Below, piece by piece: positions 1 to 9,234 of a stretch of DNA of 64,000 nucleotides. A program made the translations under genes and the position numbers. Position 1 is the stretch's first letter; every line of letters starts with the position of its first letter. Source of the DNA: Candidatus Hodarchaeota archaeon (GTDB lineage: Archaea > Asgardarchaeota > Lokiarchaeia > Sigyniarchaeales > SOKP01); the NCBI GenBank assembly GCA_048887225.1, contig JBHLJY010000009.1:27205-91204 (forward strand). Reading direction: 5' to 3'. Below the pieces are notes generated by a model. The model saw only the letters and a program-made list of their open reading frames with translations. It was not told where the DNA came from and made no database searches.

Positions 1-32
1 GGAATAATCTTAACTTCAATCAAATCATTCAT
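1..32 (-). CDS. N-terminus of a CDS running off the left edge (MNDLIEVKII...)
   Basis: ATG at 32-30 on the minus strand, preceded by a GTGAT RBS-like motif; frame open to the window edge; only 10 codons visible. Confidence 0.4.
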   Translation of the reverse strand, partial: MNDLIEVKII

Positions 33-187
33 ATAAATCACTAAAGCAAACGCAAGATTGTTAAAATTAAATTAAAATTACTATATCAAAATAATTTATT
101 ATCAAATACAAGATTAGATTAACTTTTTCTATTATTAAATATCGTTGATTTATAAGGGGGGAAAAAAAAATCATATGAATCTTTATC

Positions 188-385
188 TTAAGCAGTTTTG
201 ATTAAAATTATCTTTTCTATAGGTACATATATTAAATTATCATGATCTTCATCTCTGAATATTATTATATGTTCCGTAATTGTCTCAATTTTCCCTAAAT
301 GGACACAGTGTGGATCTGCTAAATCTTTTATATATATTCTTATCTTTTGCCCTTTTAAATCTTCAAATGTAGACCTAGGAATCAT
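188..385 (-). CDS. small Sm/LSm-like fold protein
   Basis: 65 aa; short helix then LKGQKIRIYIK, GKIETI, IIF, LIYVPIEKIILI; pattern resembles Sm1/Sm2 strands. Confidence 0.5.
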   Translation of the reverse strand: MIPRSTFEDLKGQKIRIYIKDLADPHCVHLGKIETITEHIIIFRDEDHDNLIYVPIEKIILIKTA

Positions 386-479
386 AATGAAATCAATCCA
401 TAATTTTTATTCAAAATAGCTATGTTTTTTAGTTCTTAAATTTTTTTGCTTTTTTAAGGGATTACTGAATTCGAAGTTA

Positions 480-1067
480 TTATTCTATAGTAGCATGTCT
501 TTTATCAATATCTTCTTCTGTAACTCCTAATACATTCATTAAAGCACCACCAATTGAATCTAAAACTGATAATACTGAAATGTCAAACAAGCTCGTATAT
601 GGTGCAAATGTAATTTTTGAAACTGCTAAGTCCTTGCTTTTACCTTCGATTTTAATCACACAATCGGATAATTTTCCAATCGAACTATTTATATTAGCGG
701 TTAAAAGAGCAATTTTTCCACCGATTTCTCTAGCTTTTTGAGCAATTGCTGTTGAAGAAGTTGTTTCTCCACTTCCACTAATTAAAACAAGTAAATCGTT
801 CTTTGTATATTGATATGTAACAGCATCAGAAACAAAACAAGATTTAATTCCCAAATGCATTAATCTTTGGGCAAAACATCGCCCTATAAATCCTGATCTA
901 CCTGCGCCATATACAAATATTTTATTTTTTTTGTTTCTAACTTGAAGGATTAAATCAATTAAATACACAATATCGTTTTTATTAATAACATTAGAATTTT
1001 TTCTTATTTGACTAGCTATTTCGTTCATAGTTTCGTCAAAAATCTCTTTCATTTTTTCACTACTCAT
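480..1067 (-). CDS. hxlB: 6-phospho-3-hexuloisomerase (SIS domain)
   Basis: IFVYGAGRSG, FAQRLMHLG, LISGSGET and C-terminal RHATIE are typical of PHI. Confidence 0.85.
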   Translation of the reverse strand: MSSEKMKEIFDETMNEIASQIRKNSNVINKNDIVYLIDLILQVRNKKNKIFVYGAGRSGFIGRCFAQRLMHLGIKSCFVSDAVTYQYTKNDLLVLISGSGETTSSTAIAQKAREIGGKIALLTANINSSIGKLSDCVIKIEGKSKDLAVSKITFAPYTSLFDISVLSVLDSIGGALMNVLGVTEEDIDKRHATIE

Positions 1068-1089
1068 AATCTTTTTCCCAATTTAATTA

Positions 1090-2331
1090 TTAATCTCTAA
1101 ATTTTTCTGGATGAACACATTTCCGCCATTGATCTACGGTTTCTTTTGGTCCCAAACCAATTAGTAAATCTCCTTTTTCGAACACAAAATCTGGTTTAAA
1201 ACTGTATATCCATTTGTTTTCTCGCTTTAAAGCAATTATATGAAAACCACGTTTATAGCGACTTTCTTGTAGCTCATTATAAGTTTTCCCTCTAAAAAAT
1301 GAATCTTCCGATAAAGATTCTCTTACAACTATTTCTTGTGTTTCATCAATTGCTAATTGAAATATCCTATGTGGTTCAAATCCTTTAACTATATTTTCCG
1401 CAATATTTGCCGCAGCATCAGCAATTAATTCACATGAAAAAGCAATTCTCATTATTCCTGTAAGATCTCTAGGATATTCAAACAATTGAGCTAGATCCAA
1501 TAAGTCTTTTTCAAAAGCAATATTTAATCCGTCCATAAATTCTTCTATTTCTAAAATATCTTCCGCAACTTCATAATTATTAAAAAATAATGCTGCAAAT
1601 GCTAATTCAATCATTGTCTCAGAAATATCTGTTATTAAAACATAGTTCCTTTTGAATTCTTCGAGTTTTTCCATAATCTCTGGATTTTTAAATTCCTCAA
1701 ATGACTTGATTTCTTCATCTCCAATTTCAAATGAAAAAGGTTCATCATCGCAACATAATTTTTTCACATCTTTAATAGGTTGAATTTCACCTTTAATAAT
1801 TAATATATCATTTTCAAGAACCTTTTCGTCCTTACTGAAAAGCCATTTGTTGCTTCTTTTTATTGCAATTAAATCTACTCCATGTTTTGACCTAAAATGA
1901 ATATCCTTTCGATTTTGCCCTATAAATTCACAGCTTTTATTCACAATGATTTTAACAATAGGTTCAGGGACGATATCCCAAAAGATTTGTGTAAATTGAG
2001 ATATATCTGCATTAACATAAACAACACGAGCAATATCAGAAAGAGCATCAGATATTTTATCAATTGAATATCCTAAGACAACAATTGGTTCCAATTTTTT
2101 AGCTCCTTCGAATCCTCTGGGTCGTGATTGAATAATCTGGGTATTTAGGATGAATGTAAGCTCATGGATTCGTTGTTCAATTTTATATGCTTCATCTGCA
2201 AGCTCTTTACTACCAAATTTAATCGCACTATAAGCTAAATCGATCATTAAATCGATATTTTGCTTCATTTCCCTTAAAATATCTTTTAAGGATAAAGGCC
2301 GATATTTAAATTTCTTTTTTTTTGCCGGCAT
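1090..2331 (-). CDS. tandem PhoU-TrkA_C (RCK_C) regulatory protein
   Basis: Two PhoU-like helical repeats (MIDLAYSA / MIELAFAA), each followed by a TrkA_C segment (IAIKR..W / IALKR..W, GDLLI). Confidence 0.8.
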   Translation of the reverse strand: MPAKKKKFKYRPLSLKDILREMKQNIDLMIDLAYSAIKFGSKELADEAYKIEQRIHELTFILNTQIIQSRPRGFEGAKKLEPIVVLGYSIDKISDALSDIARVVYVNADISQFTQIFWDIVPEPIVKIIVNKSCEFIGQNRKDIHFRSKHGVDLIAIKRSNKWLFSKDEKVLENDILIIKGEIQPIKDVKKLCCDDEPFSFEIGDEEIKSFEEFKNPEIMEKLEEFKRNYVLITDISETMIELAFAALFFNNYEVAEDILEIEEFMDGLNIAFEKDLLDLAQLFEYPRDLTGIMRIAFSCELIADAAANIAENIVKGFEPHRIFQLAIDETQEIVVRESLSEDSFFRGKTYNELQESRYKRGFHIIALKRENKWIYSFKPDFVFEKGDLLIGLGPKETVDQWRKCVHPEKFRD

Positions 2332-2368
2332 CTACTTTAATTCACTCATATTTTTCTATTCTTTAATT

Positions 2369-2920
2369 TTATATAAATATTATGATAAAAATTATTAGGA
2401 AAAGGGGTGTAAGAAAGTCTGCTAATGAAGTTATAAATGGAATCAAGAAGTTGTTAGGATCCTTACCCCTTTTAAAAATATAAATTGAACTAATGAAAAG
2501 TAAAACAAACATAAATATAAAAAGCAATAACACAGTGATTATTAAAATAAAAACTATTAGGAATGGATTAAAAATCTTAACTCCCGTTGTAATTGCAATA
2601 ATATAGCTTATAAAAATTAATATTATCAAGCTCAATAAAATGGTTATTAATAGTCCGAAAAAATCTTCCTTTAATCGATTAGATTTTTGAATTTTTGGTT
2701 TAATAATACCGAGATATAAACTTGATGTAAGTCGAGACACCAAAACTGTGGATATATCTCCTATTAAAGAATTTAAAGCAGGTAATATTAGAAGCATAAT
2801 TGGAAGAGCATATAAAATCTCTTGATTGGTTGATAGTAATGTTCCTGAAAACAAACCAAATAATGAAGAAATAATAACAATAATAATGGATTCTTTGATT
2901 ATTTTCAGAAAATATTTCAT
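2369..2920 (-). CDS. MgtE/SLC41-type divalent cation transporter membrane domain (half 2)
   Basis: 5 TM; PALNSLIGD and GKDPNNFLIPFITSLADF MgtE motifs. Confidence 0.85.
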   Translation of the reverse strand: MKYFLKIIKESIIIVIISSLFGLFSGTLLSTNQEILYALPIMLLILPALNSLIGDISTVLVSRLTSSLYLGIIKPKIQKSNRLKEDFFGLLITILLSLIILIFISYIIAITTGVKIFNPFLIVFILIITVLLLFIFMFVLLFISSIYIFKRGKDPNNFLIPFITSLADFLTPLFLIIFIIIFI

Positions 2921-3481
2921 TCATGGCACCCCCAAAATCAATAAAGTCATGTAAAAACAAACTATTGTAAAAAAGTCATCAATGGCAGTCATTATAGGAT
3001 TGACCATATTATTTGGATCAAATCCATATCTAAAAGCAATATAGTTTAAGGTGGTTGAGCTTGGAATTGAAATAGAGATAGTAAATATGATAGAAATGAT
3101 AGGTATAAGAATAAATATCTCAATTGGAAAAATAAAAATCTTGATAATTAAAATATTTAATATTATACAAAACACACCTATTAAAAAACCTGTAACTAAA
3201 GACAAGGCAAATGTGGCTAATGTATTTTCTAATAATGATTTTTTATTGAATTCTCCTATAATGAAATCTCTTGAAGTTCTTGCAATAAAAGGTCCACTTA
3301 GATTTCCTCTAAGAGACAATAAGGCTGGAACGATTATTATTAAAAAAAGAAAACTTTTAAAGGGTAATATTAACATCAAAAGTATTATCCCAGCAAAGAT
3401 ATCTCCAATGATGGAGATAATCTCAGAGGTGAATGTTTCTTTGATGATCTTACTTTTCCCTTTAGATTCTTTTTGTTCCAT
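2921..3481 (-). CDS. MgtE/SLC41-type divalent cation transporter membrane domain (half 1)
   Basis: PALLSLRGN and GFDPNNMVNPIMTAIDD MgtE motifs. Confidence 0.85.
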   Translation of the reverse strand: MEQKESKGKSKIIKETFTSEIISIIGDIFAGIILLMLILPFKSFLFLIIIVPALLSLRGNLSGPFIARTSRDFIIGEFNKKSLLENTLATFALSLVTGFLIGVFCIILNILIIKIFIFPIEIFILIPIISIIFTISISIPSSTTLNYIAFRYGFDPNNMVNPIMTAIDDFFTIVCFYMTLLILGVP

Positions 3482-3661
3482 TTTTTAACGCCATTTGAAA
3501 AAATAAAACGGTGTTCGGACATAATTTTATAATATTTCTAATAGTATAATTTATTAAAAATTTCCTAATGTTAAAATACATATAGTCTGTATTTTTTAAT
3601 GAAACAGCTTTTATGACAAATATAATGTTAAAATTATCATTTATCCTTATTAATAATATAA

Positions 3662-4369
3662 ATGAAATTTGAAAGGTACGAATCTAGATTTAAAGCAGGA
3701 GAAATTTTAGCGAAGTTAATAAAAGAAAAAGATAAAGCGCTATTTAACTTATTGTTAGAATGCCCTAAAAAATTCTTTTGTTTCGCTATTCCTAATGGAG
3801 GAATTCCAGTAACAGAAGGCTTTTGCTCTAAGTTTAATATAAAATATGATATGTTAATTGTCCGAAAAATTAAGATCCCTTGGAATACTGAAGCTGGATT
3901 TGGCTCAGTGACTACAGATGGATCCGTTTTAATTAATGAACCATTATTGAATCAATTATCTCTTTCTGAAATAGAAGTTAATGAGGCTATAAATCTAACT
4001 AAAACGGAAATCAAAGAACGCTTAAAATTTTATAATAAAGAAATAGATTTATCGAGAATATATGAAAAGAACATTCATGAGAAAAATATTTTCATGTTAG
4101 ATGATGGATTAGCATCTGGATTTACAATGCTAGCAGCTATAAAAATGGTAAAGAAATACAATCCAAAAAAAATATTTATAGCCGTTCCAACAGCACCATT
4201 ACACACAGTTAAAAAAATAGAAAGCGAAGTTGAAATTGAAAATATTTTTTGTCCCAATATTAGAAATGTGTGGAGATTTGCCGTAGCCGATGCGTATAAA
4301 AATTGGTATGACGTCCCCGAATCTGAAGTGCTGGAAATAATTAATAAATCGAATTTTTATATTAAATAA
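3662..4369 (+). CDS. phosphoribosyltransferase family protein
   Basis: AIPNGG, VRKI..P..EAGFG and the PRPP-binding motif MLDDGLASGFTM. Confidence 0.85.
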   Translation: MKFERYESRFKAGEILAKLIKEKDKALFNLLLECPKKFFCFAIPNGGIPVTEGFCSKFNIKYDMLIVRKIKIPWNTEAGFGSVTTDGSVLINEPLLNQLSLSEIEVNEAINLTKTEIKERLKFYNKEIDLSRIYEKNIHEKNIFMLDDGLASGFTMLAAIKMVKKYNPKKIFIAVPTAPLHTVKKIESEVEIENIFCPNIRNVWRFAVADAYKNWYDVPESEVLEIINKSNFYIK

Positions 4370-4443
4370 GAAATTCATAGTATCAGTAAACTTATTTGAT
4401 TTCCATTATTTTTAAGATATAAAATTATTATAGTTAAATTATT

Positions 4444-4908
4444 ATGGTTGAAGTTAAAAAAGAACTCCTATCCCCTTGTGGCTTGTATTGTGGCGTCTGT
4501 GCCATTTATATTGCTCACAGAGATAATAATTCAAAATTCAAACAAATACTATTGCCAGTTTATAAAGCCTTTGCAAAAACGGTTGATGATATAGCGTGTA
4601 CTGGCTGTCTTTCAGATGGGATTGTATTTCCTGTATGTCGGGTATGTGCCATTAAAAAATGTACAAAACAAAAAGGAATTGATGGTTGTCATCAATGTGA
4701 TGAATGGCCATGTAAATTTATTAATAATTTTCCGATGGCGGTTGCTAAAAAAGTAATATTTAGAACGATTCCTACTTGGAGAGAAAAAGGCACTGAGAAG
4801 TTTGTAGAAGAAGAAGATAATAGATATCACTGTCCAGAGTGTGGCAATCCCTTATTTCGAGGAGCGAAAAGATGTAATAAATGTAAAATTACTGTTGATG
4901 TGGATTAA
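4444..4908 (+). CDS. Cys-rich DUF3795-like protein with C-terminal zinc ribbon
   Basis: SPCGLYCGVC, CTGC, C..CAIKKC, CHQCDEWPC, CPECG..CNKC. Confidence 0.75.
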   Translation: MVEVKKELLSPCGLYCGVCAIYIAHRDNNSKFKQILLPVYKAFAKTVDDIACTGCLSDGIVFPVCRVCAIKKCTKQKGIDGCHQCDEWPCKFINNFPMAVAKKVIFRTIPTWREKGTEKFVEEEDNRYHCPECGNPLFRGAKRCNKCKITVDVD

Positions 4909-6080
4909 TTGTTCAAATCTTCAGATATATCTTTTTTCTTTTTATTTTCCTCAATTTTTTTTCTAAAAATAAAGTATAAAATCAAACCTATAAGAAAACC
5001 TAATACTATATTTAGTACAAAACATATAATCGCTGAAATTAATATAATAGGAAAAGCTTTCAAATTAAAATCCTTAAAGGCTACTCTTCCTAATAATAGT
5101 GAGACGTAAATTAACATTGCTCCCAAAATTGCCTTAGGAAATTGATTAAAAAGCAAAAAAAGCAACTCTGTAAAGAACAATCCTAGAATAATTTCTAGGA
5201 TCCCTTCAAAAATCATTGATCCACCCGTTCGTGCTCCAAATGCATATTGTGCTGCTAATCCTCCAGATCCATGACATAAAGGCATTCCACCTATAAATGG
5301 ATTTATTAAATTCATAATACCCATATTTAACGCTAGAGAATTAGCATCAATTATCTTTTCTTTTTCAGGAAATAAATCTTTAACTAAAGCTAATGTAGCG
5401 ATCATTACATTTGTTAACGTTAAAAATAATTGCGCAATTCCTGCAACAAGCATCCCTATTAATATATTATCTAATGTGGGAATTTGGAATTCAAATTGGG
5501 GCAGTTTAACTGCAATATCAGATATATATACTATACCAGTATAAAATAAGATAAAAATTCCTATAAATGTAAGAATTATGGCAGAAGGAACTTTTCTTAT
5601 TTTGATTGAAAGCAAAATAATTAAAATACAAATAAAGCCTAATATGAGATTGTCATTTATCATTATTATTGCTGCCCACCCTAATATTAATGCTAATCCA
5701 AGTTGAATTCCTCGAACTGCAATGACTGGAATCCTTTTTACAATTTTATTTAGTTTCTTTGAAAATCCTAAAATTGCCCAAATTATCCCCGTACCAAATC
5801 CGGTTGATATAACTAAATTTGGTGACCATTTTTGAGAAATTGCAACTGTTCCAATTATTTTTTGCGGCTGAACAGGTAAAGGCAAATTATACTTTATTCC
5901 TAGTATTATATTTGTAATTCCTAAGCAGATAAAAATTCCCGCAGGATTTAATCCTACAATCGCTATATAACCGATTACAAATGGAATTAGGACTCCCCAG
6001 TCCCCAAGAGATCCAGAGAATTCTCTTATAGAAAGCTTCTTATACTTTTCTATAGGTTGTTCTTTTTCATTCGGTTCCAA
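4905..6080 (-). CDS. molybdate/sulfate transporter (MOT1-like)
   Basis: EFSGSLGDWG, PLPVQPQK, GGMPLCHGSGGLAAQYAFGARTG. Confidence 0.85.
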   Translation of the reverse strand: MEPNEKEQPIEKYKKLSIREFSGSLGDWGVLIPFVIGYIAIVGLNPAGIFICLGITNIILGIKYNLPLPVQPQKIIGTVAISQKWSPNLVISTGFGTGIIWAILGFSKKLNKIVKRIPVIAVRGIQLGLALILGWAAIIMINDNLILGFICILIILLSIKIRKVPSAIILTFIGIFILFYTGIVYISDIAVKLPQFEFQIPTLDNILIGMLVAGIAQLFLTLTNVMIATLALVKDLFPEKEKIIDANSLALNMGIMNLINPFIGGMPLCHGSGGLAAQYAFGARTGGSMIFEGILEIILGLFFTELLFLLFNQFPKAILGAMLIYVSLLLGRVAFKDFNLKAFPIILISAIICFVLNIVLGFLIGLILYFIFRKKIEENKKKKDISEDLNN

Positions 6081-6163
6081 AATAAATCATATAAAAAAAT
6101 CTTGGACCTAAATTAAATTACTCTAAAATTTTAGAAAAAAAAGAAAAGTAAAAAAGTGTATAT

Positions 6164-6430
6164 TTATGTGCTCATCAATCTAAACAAAAGTGAACTATGA
6201 GGAATAAAAAATTCATCTTTACGCTTGATAACGACTGTATGAAAATATTCAGCCAATCCAAGGAATCCACGGATTACGCTCTCATCCTCCTCAAATTTGA
6301 AGATCACATTCGCAATCGATGAGCCTGCGTTAAAAGTAACCTTCTCATATACTCTCTCGTCAATTAATGGGATTTTCAATTCATTAACTATTTCATATAC
6401 TCTTTTAATGAAAAGTTCTTTCTTTGCCAT
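6164..6430 (-). CDS. hypothetical protein (88 aa)
   Basis: ATG-started ORF with globular composition; no recognised motif. Confidence 0.65.
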   Translation of the reverse strand: MAKKELFIKRVYEIVNELKIPLIDERVYEKVTFNAGSSIANVIFKFEEDESVIRGFLGLAEYFHTVVIKRKDEFFIPHSSLLFRLMST

Positions 6431-6741
6431 AAGTTTTTAACACCATTTAAATACAAATATTAACGATTATCTAATTTTGATAAATTAATAAATAACCGAT
6501 TTTATAAGAATTATTATAAACTATTTATTTAATAATTTATAATATTATGTATTTTTAATCTTTTTCTTCAGATTTGAGAAACACTTGAAATAGAGAAATT
6601 TTGGTAAAAATATGAATATGAATAAAAATATATATACATGTTAATATAATAAAAATATAAGGAAAATATACTAGTATATGAATTAATCTATTCTTTGTAA
6701 AAAAATATATTTTATAAAACATTAGTCGATTTGATCGAACA

Positions 6742-7407
6742 GTGGTGTCAGAGAAGAAGAAAATAAATCGTGTCATTAGTTTCTTGAAAAAAGGTTTATC
6801 AGGATTAGCTGATGAATTAGAAGGAACTGTTGAAGGAATCAACGAATTTATAAAATCCTTATCAAAAGCTCAGAAAGATCTTAAAGAAATACCCGCAGAA
6901 GGCGAAGTTCAAACAGTGAGTACATCATCTAAGAAAGTTGCTGCTACTCCTGGCGCGGCAAAAACTGCAGCCGCTAGTACTTTATTTACTTTATTAAGTG
7001 GTCCTTCTGAAGGTGAACAAGTAAGTCCAACTCCCACAGCTGCAGTTGCAGCTCCTAGTGATATGGCTAAACCATCAGGTGGTGGACCTCCAAAAGCTCC
7101 TTCAATTGGTGGACCTCCAAAGGCTCCAGCGAAAGCTAGTCCTCCTTCTCGCGGGAGTGATCTACCTCCTGCTCCTAAACTTCCTCCAGGTGCAGGAGGA
7201 GGTACTGGTCCGCCTAAAGCCCCTGCTGCATTTGGTGCTTATGCAAAAAGAGCTCCAGCCCCTGCGGGTGGTGGACCTCCAAGTGCCACTGGGATGCCAT
7301 CAGCTCCGACTGCAACAACAGCTCAAGTAGGTGGGGGATTAGGTTCACTAAGGGATGAGATGTTAGAGGAACTAACTCGTTTAAAAAAGATAATGAGAGG
7401 AGAATAA
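6742..7407 (+). CDS. Pro/Ala/Gly-rich protein with N-terminal coiled coil and C-terminal WH2/VASP-like helix
   Basis: N-terminal amphipathic helix, four GPP(K/S)A repeats, C-terminal SLRDEMLEELTRLKKI; GC-richer than the flanks. Confidence 0.7.
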   Translation: MVSEKKKINRVISFLKKGLSGLADELEGTVEGINEFIKSLSKAQKDLKEIPAEGEVQTVSTSSKKVAATPGAAKTAAASTLFTLLSGPSEGEQVSPTPTAAVAAPSDMAKPSGGGPPKAPSIGGPPKAPAKASPPSRGSDLPPAPKLPPGAGGGTGPPKAPAAFGAYAKRAPAPAGGGPPSATGMPSAPTATTAQVGGGLGSLRDEMLEELTRLKKIMRGE

Positions 7408-7597
7408 AAACCATAAGATTATTATGATTTCTTTTTCTATATATTACCTCTAAATCAATAGAGTTATCGGTTTTCTCTTTTGATTTTTTTAAGTTATAAG
7501 CAAATATATTAGGATAAAAAATTGTTTGTATAACATTAAAAAATAAAATTTAAGATATTTATAGAATTAATCAAACTGAATCATTTGATCTGATCAT

Positions 7598-8713
7598 ATG
7601 GGTAATCCTACTATTGTTTTGGACATTGGTCAATTTTCCACGAAAGGTGGTTTTGCAGGGGAAGATTATCCAAGTCAAGTGTTTTTTACTATAGTTGGGA
7701 AACCAAAATATCACGATCTTGAAGGACAGTACGGTGATCGTGAGCAAGAATTGTACGTTGGTGACGAGATTCAGTCTCTTGGATTATATAAAATACATTC
7801 ACCTATTCAAAATGGAGCTATTGTTGATTGGAACTATTTTTCTAAAATTTTAGATTATATATTTTATAGTTTAAGAGTCGATCCCACTCTTGTTAATGTG
7901 CTATTTGCCGTCCATCCATTGTTCCCTAAAAAAGATTTAAATAGGATTTTTGAACTATTCTTGGAACATTATCAATGTATGGCTTTTTATCCTGTAATGG
8001 ATTGTATGTTAACGCTATATTCAGGTGGATTTCAAACTGGTTTAGTTGTTGAAATTGGAGATAGTAGTACTAGAATTGTTCCTATTTATGAAGGATTCAA
8101 ATTAGATCACCCAATTAAAATTTTAGATATTGGAGGTAATGTTTTAACTCGACATTTGGAAATGCTAGTCGCATCAATAGGTTTTCCAGTTGATACGTCG
8201 ATAAGAAAGGATTTGGTAAGAGTATTAAAAGAAAAGGCGTGTTTTGTATCTTTAGATTATAATGAAGATCTTAAGAGAGCTGAACACTATTCGAAGCAAT
8301 ATTCTTTACCAGATGGATCAACAATTTCTCTTTCTAAGGAAAGATTCATGATTCCGGAAGTTTTATTTAAACCATCCTTAATAAACTTAGAGTTTTCTTC
8401 GCTACCAAGGGCCATCATGGAAGTCATCGATTTATGTGATTTAGATATCCGTTCTGATTTATTAAATAACATTTTTTTAACAGGAGGTTCTTCAATGTTT
8501 CCTAATCTCAAATCTCGGATTTATAGCGAGCTAGAATTAGAATTAGCAAGACAGAAGAAAAAAAGTCAAGGGATAAGAATCATCGCGCCGAGGGAAAGAA
8601 CTTTTTCAGTTTGGGTAGGAGGTTCAATTTTAGCAATGATTCCAGAATTTACTAAAAATTGGATAACGCGTTCGAAATATTTTAAAGAAGGAATCCCTGA
8701 TAATCTATTATAA
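7598..8713 (+). CDS. actin-family protein (divergent Asgard actin-related protein)
   Basis: VLDIGQFSTKGGFAGED, YVGDE, IVPIYEG, LKEKACFVSLDY, YSLPDG, ERFMIPEVLFKP, LTGGSSMFP, SVWVGGSILA align colinearly with actin. Confidence 0.95.
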   Translation: MGNPTIVLDIGQFSTKGGFAGEDYPSQVFFTIVGKPKYHDLEGQYGDREQELYVGDEIQSLGLYKIHSPIQNGAIVDWNYFSKILDYIFYSLRVDPTLVNVLFAVHPLFPKKDLNRIFELFLEHYQCMAFYPVMDCMLTLYSGGFQTGLVVEIGDSSTRIVPIYEGFKLDHPIKILDIGGNVLTRHLEMLVASIGFPVDTSIRKDLVRVLKEKACFVSLDYNEDLKRAEHYSKQYSLPDGSTISLSKERFMIPEVLFKPSLINLEFSSLPRAIMEVIDLCDLDIRSDLLNNIFLTGGSSMFPNLKSRIYSELELELARQKKKSQGIRIIAPRERTFSVWVGGSILAMIPEFTKNWITRSKYFKEGIPDNLL

Positions 8714-8826
8714 TATTTCTTGCATGTCATTTAGATATCATTGAGATATCACATTGCATTAAATAATAGAATTTTATACATTTTCTTATCTATTAAATAA
8801 AGCTTTAATTTTTTAGGTGTATAAAT

Positions 8827-9198
8827 TTGGAAAAACTTCCTGAAAATAATATTAATAAATCACCTCTCATGAAGAAATATTACAAGCCGAGTTATGCCTC
8901 AATGTTTAATAGAATCAAAAGTATAGACGCACCAGTAAAAAATGATTTAATTATTGCGTTATTGGATGGTAAATGGCATAGCGAAAAGGATTTAATTAGA
9001 TTAGCAAAAAAACAACAACATAATTATATAGGTCCTGTTTTACTCGGAACTATGATTAATTCATTAAATCATATGATTAAAAATAATTACGTCGAAAAAC
9101 AGATTATAGATGGCGAAATGTATTATAAAATTTCTGATAATTACGTAGGTCTTACGAGAGCAGCTTATACTAAATACAACTTCAATGTAGAATTTTAA
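8827..9198 (+). CDS. winged-helix-like protein, paralog 1
   Basis: IALLDGKWHSEKDLIRLAKK...YVEKQIIDGEMYYKISDNYVGLTRAAY; near-colinear with the next ORF. Confidence 0.65.
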   Translation: MEKLPENNINKSPLMKKYYKPSYASMFNRIKSIDAPVKNDLIIALLDGKWHSEKDLIRLAKKQQHNYIGPVLLGTMINSLNHMIKNNYVEKQIIDGEMYYKISDNYVGLTRAAYTKYNFNVEF

Positions 9199-9234
9199 TC
9201 AATTTGTTGATTTTCCAATGTAAGGTGTGATAAT

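Noticed and set aside
3051-3488. 145 aa plus-strand ORF, and similar antisense or alternate-frame ORFs (e.g. 2700-2960, 7046-7330, 9970-10563, 24051-24389, 38387-38740, 52833-53078)
   Set aside because: They overlap well-supported genes and carry no recognisable motifs
6555-6842. 95 aa minus-strand ORF upstream of the Pro-rich gene
   Set aside because: It spans an AT-rich promoter region and overlaps the 6742 gene antisense; composition reflects AT bias
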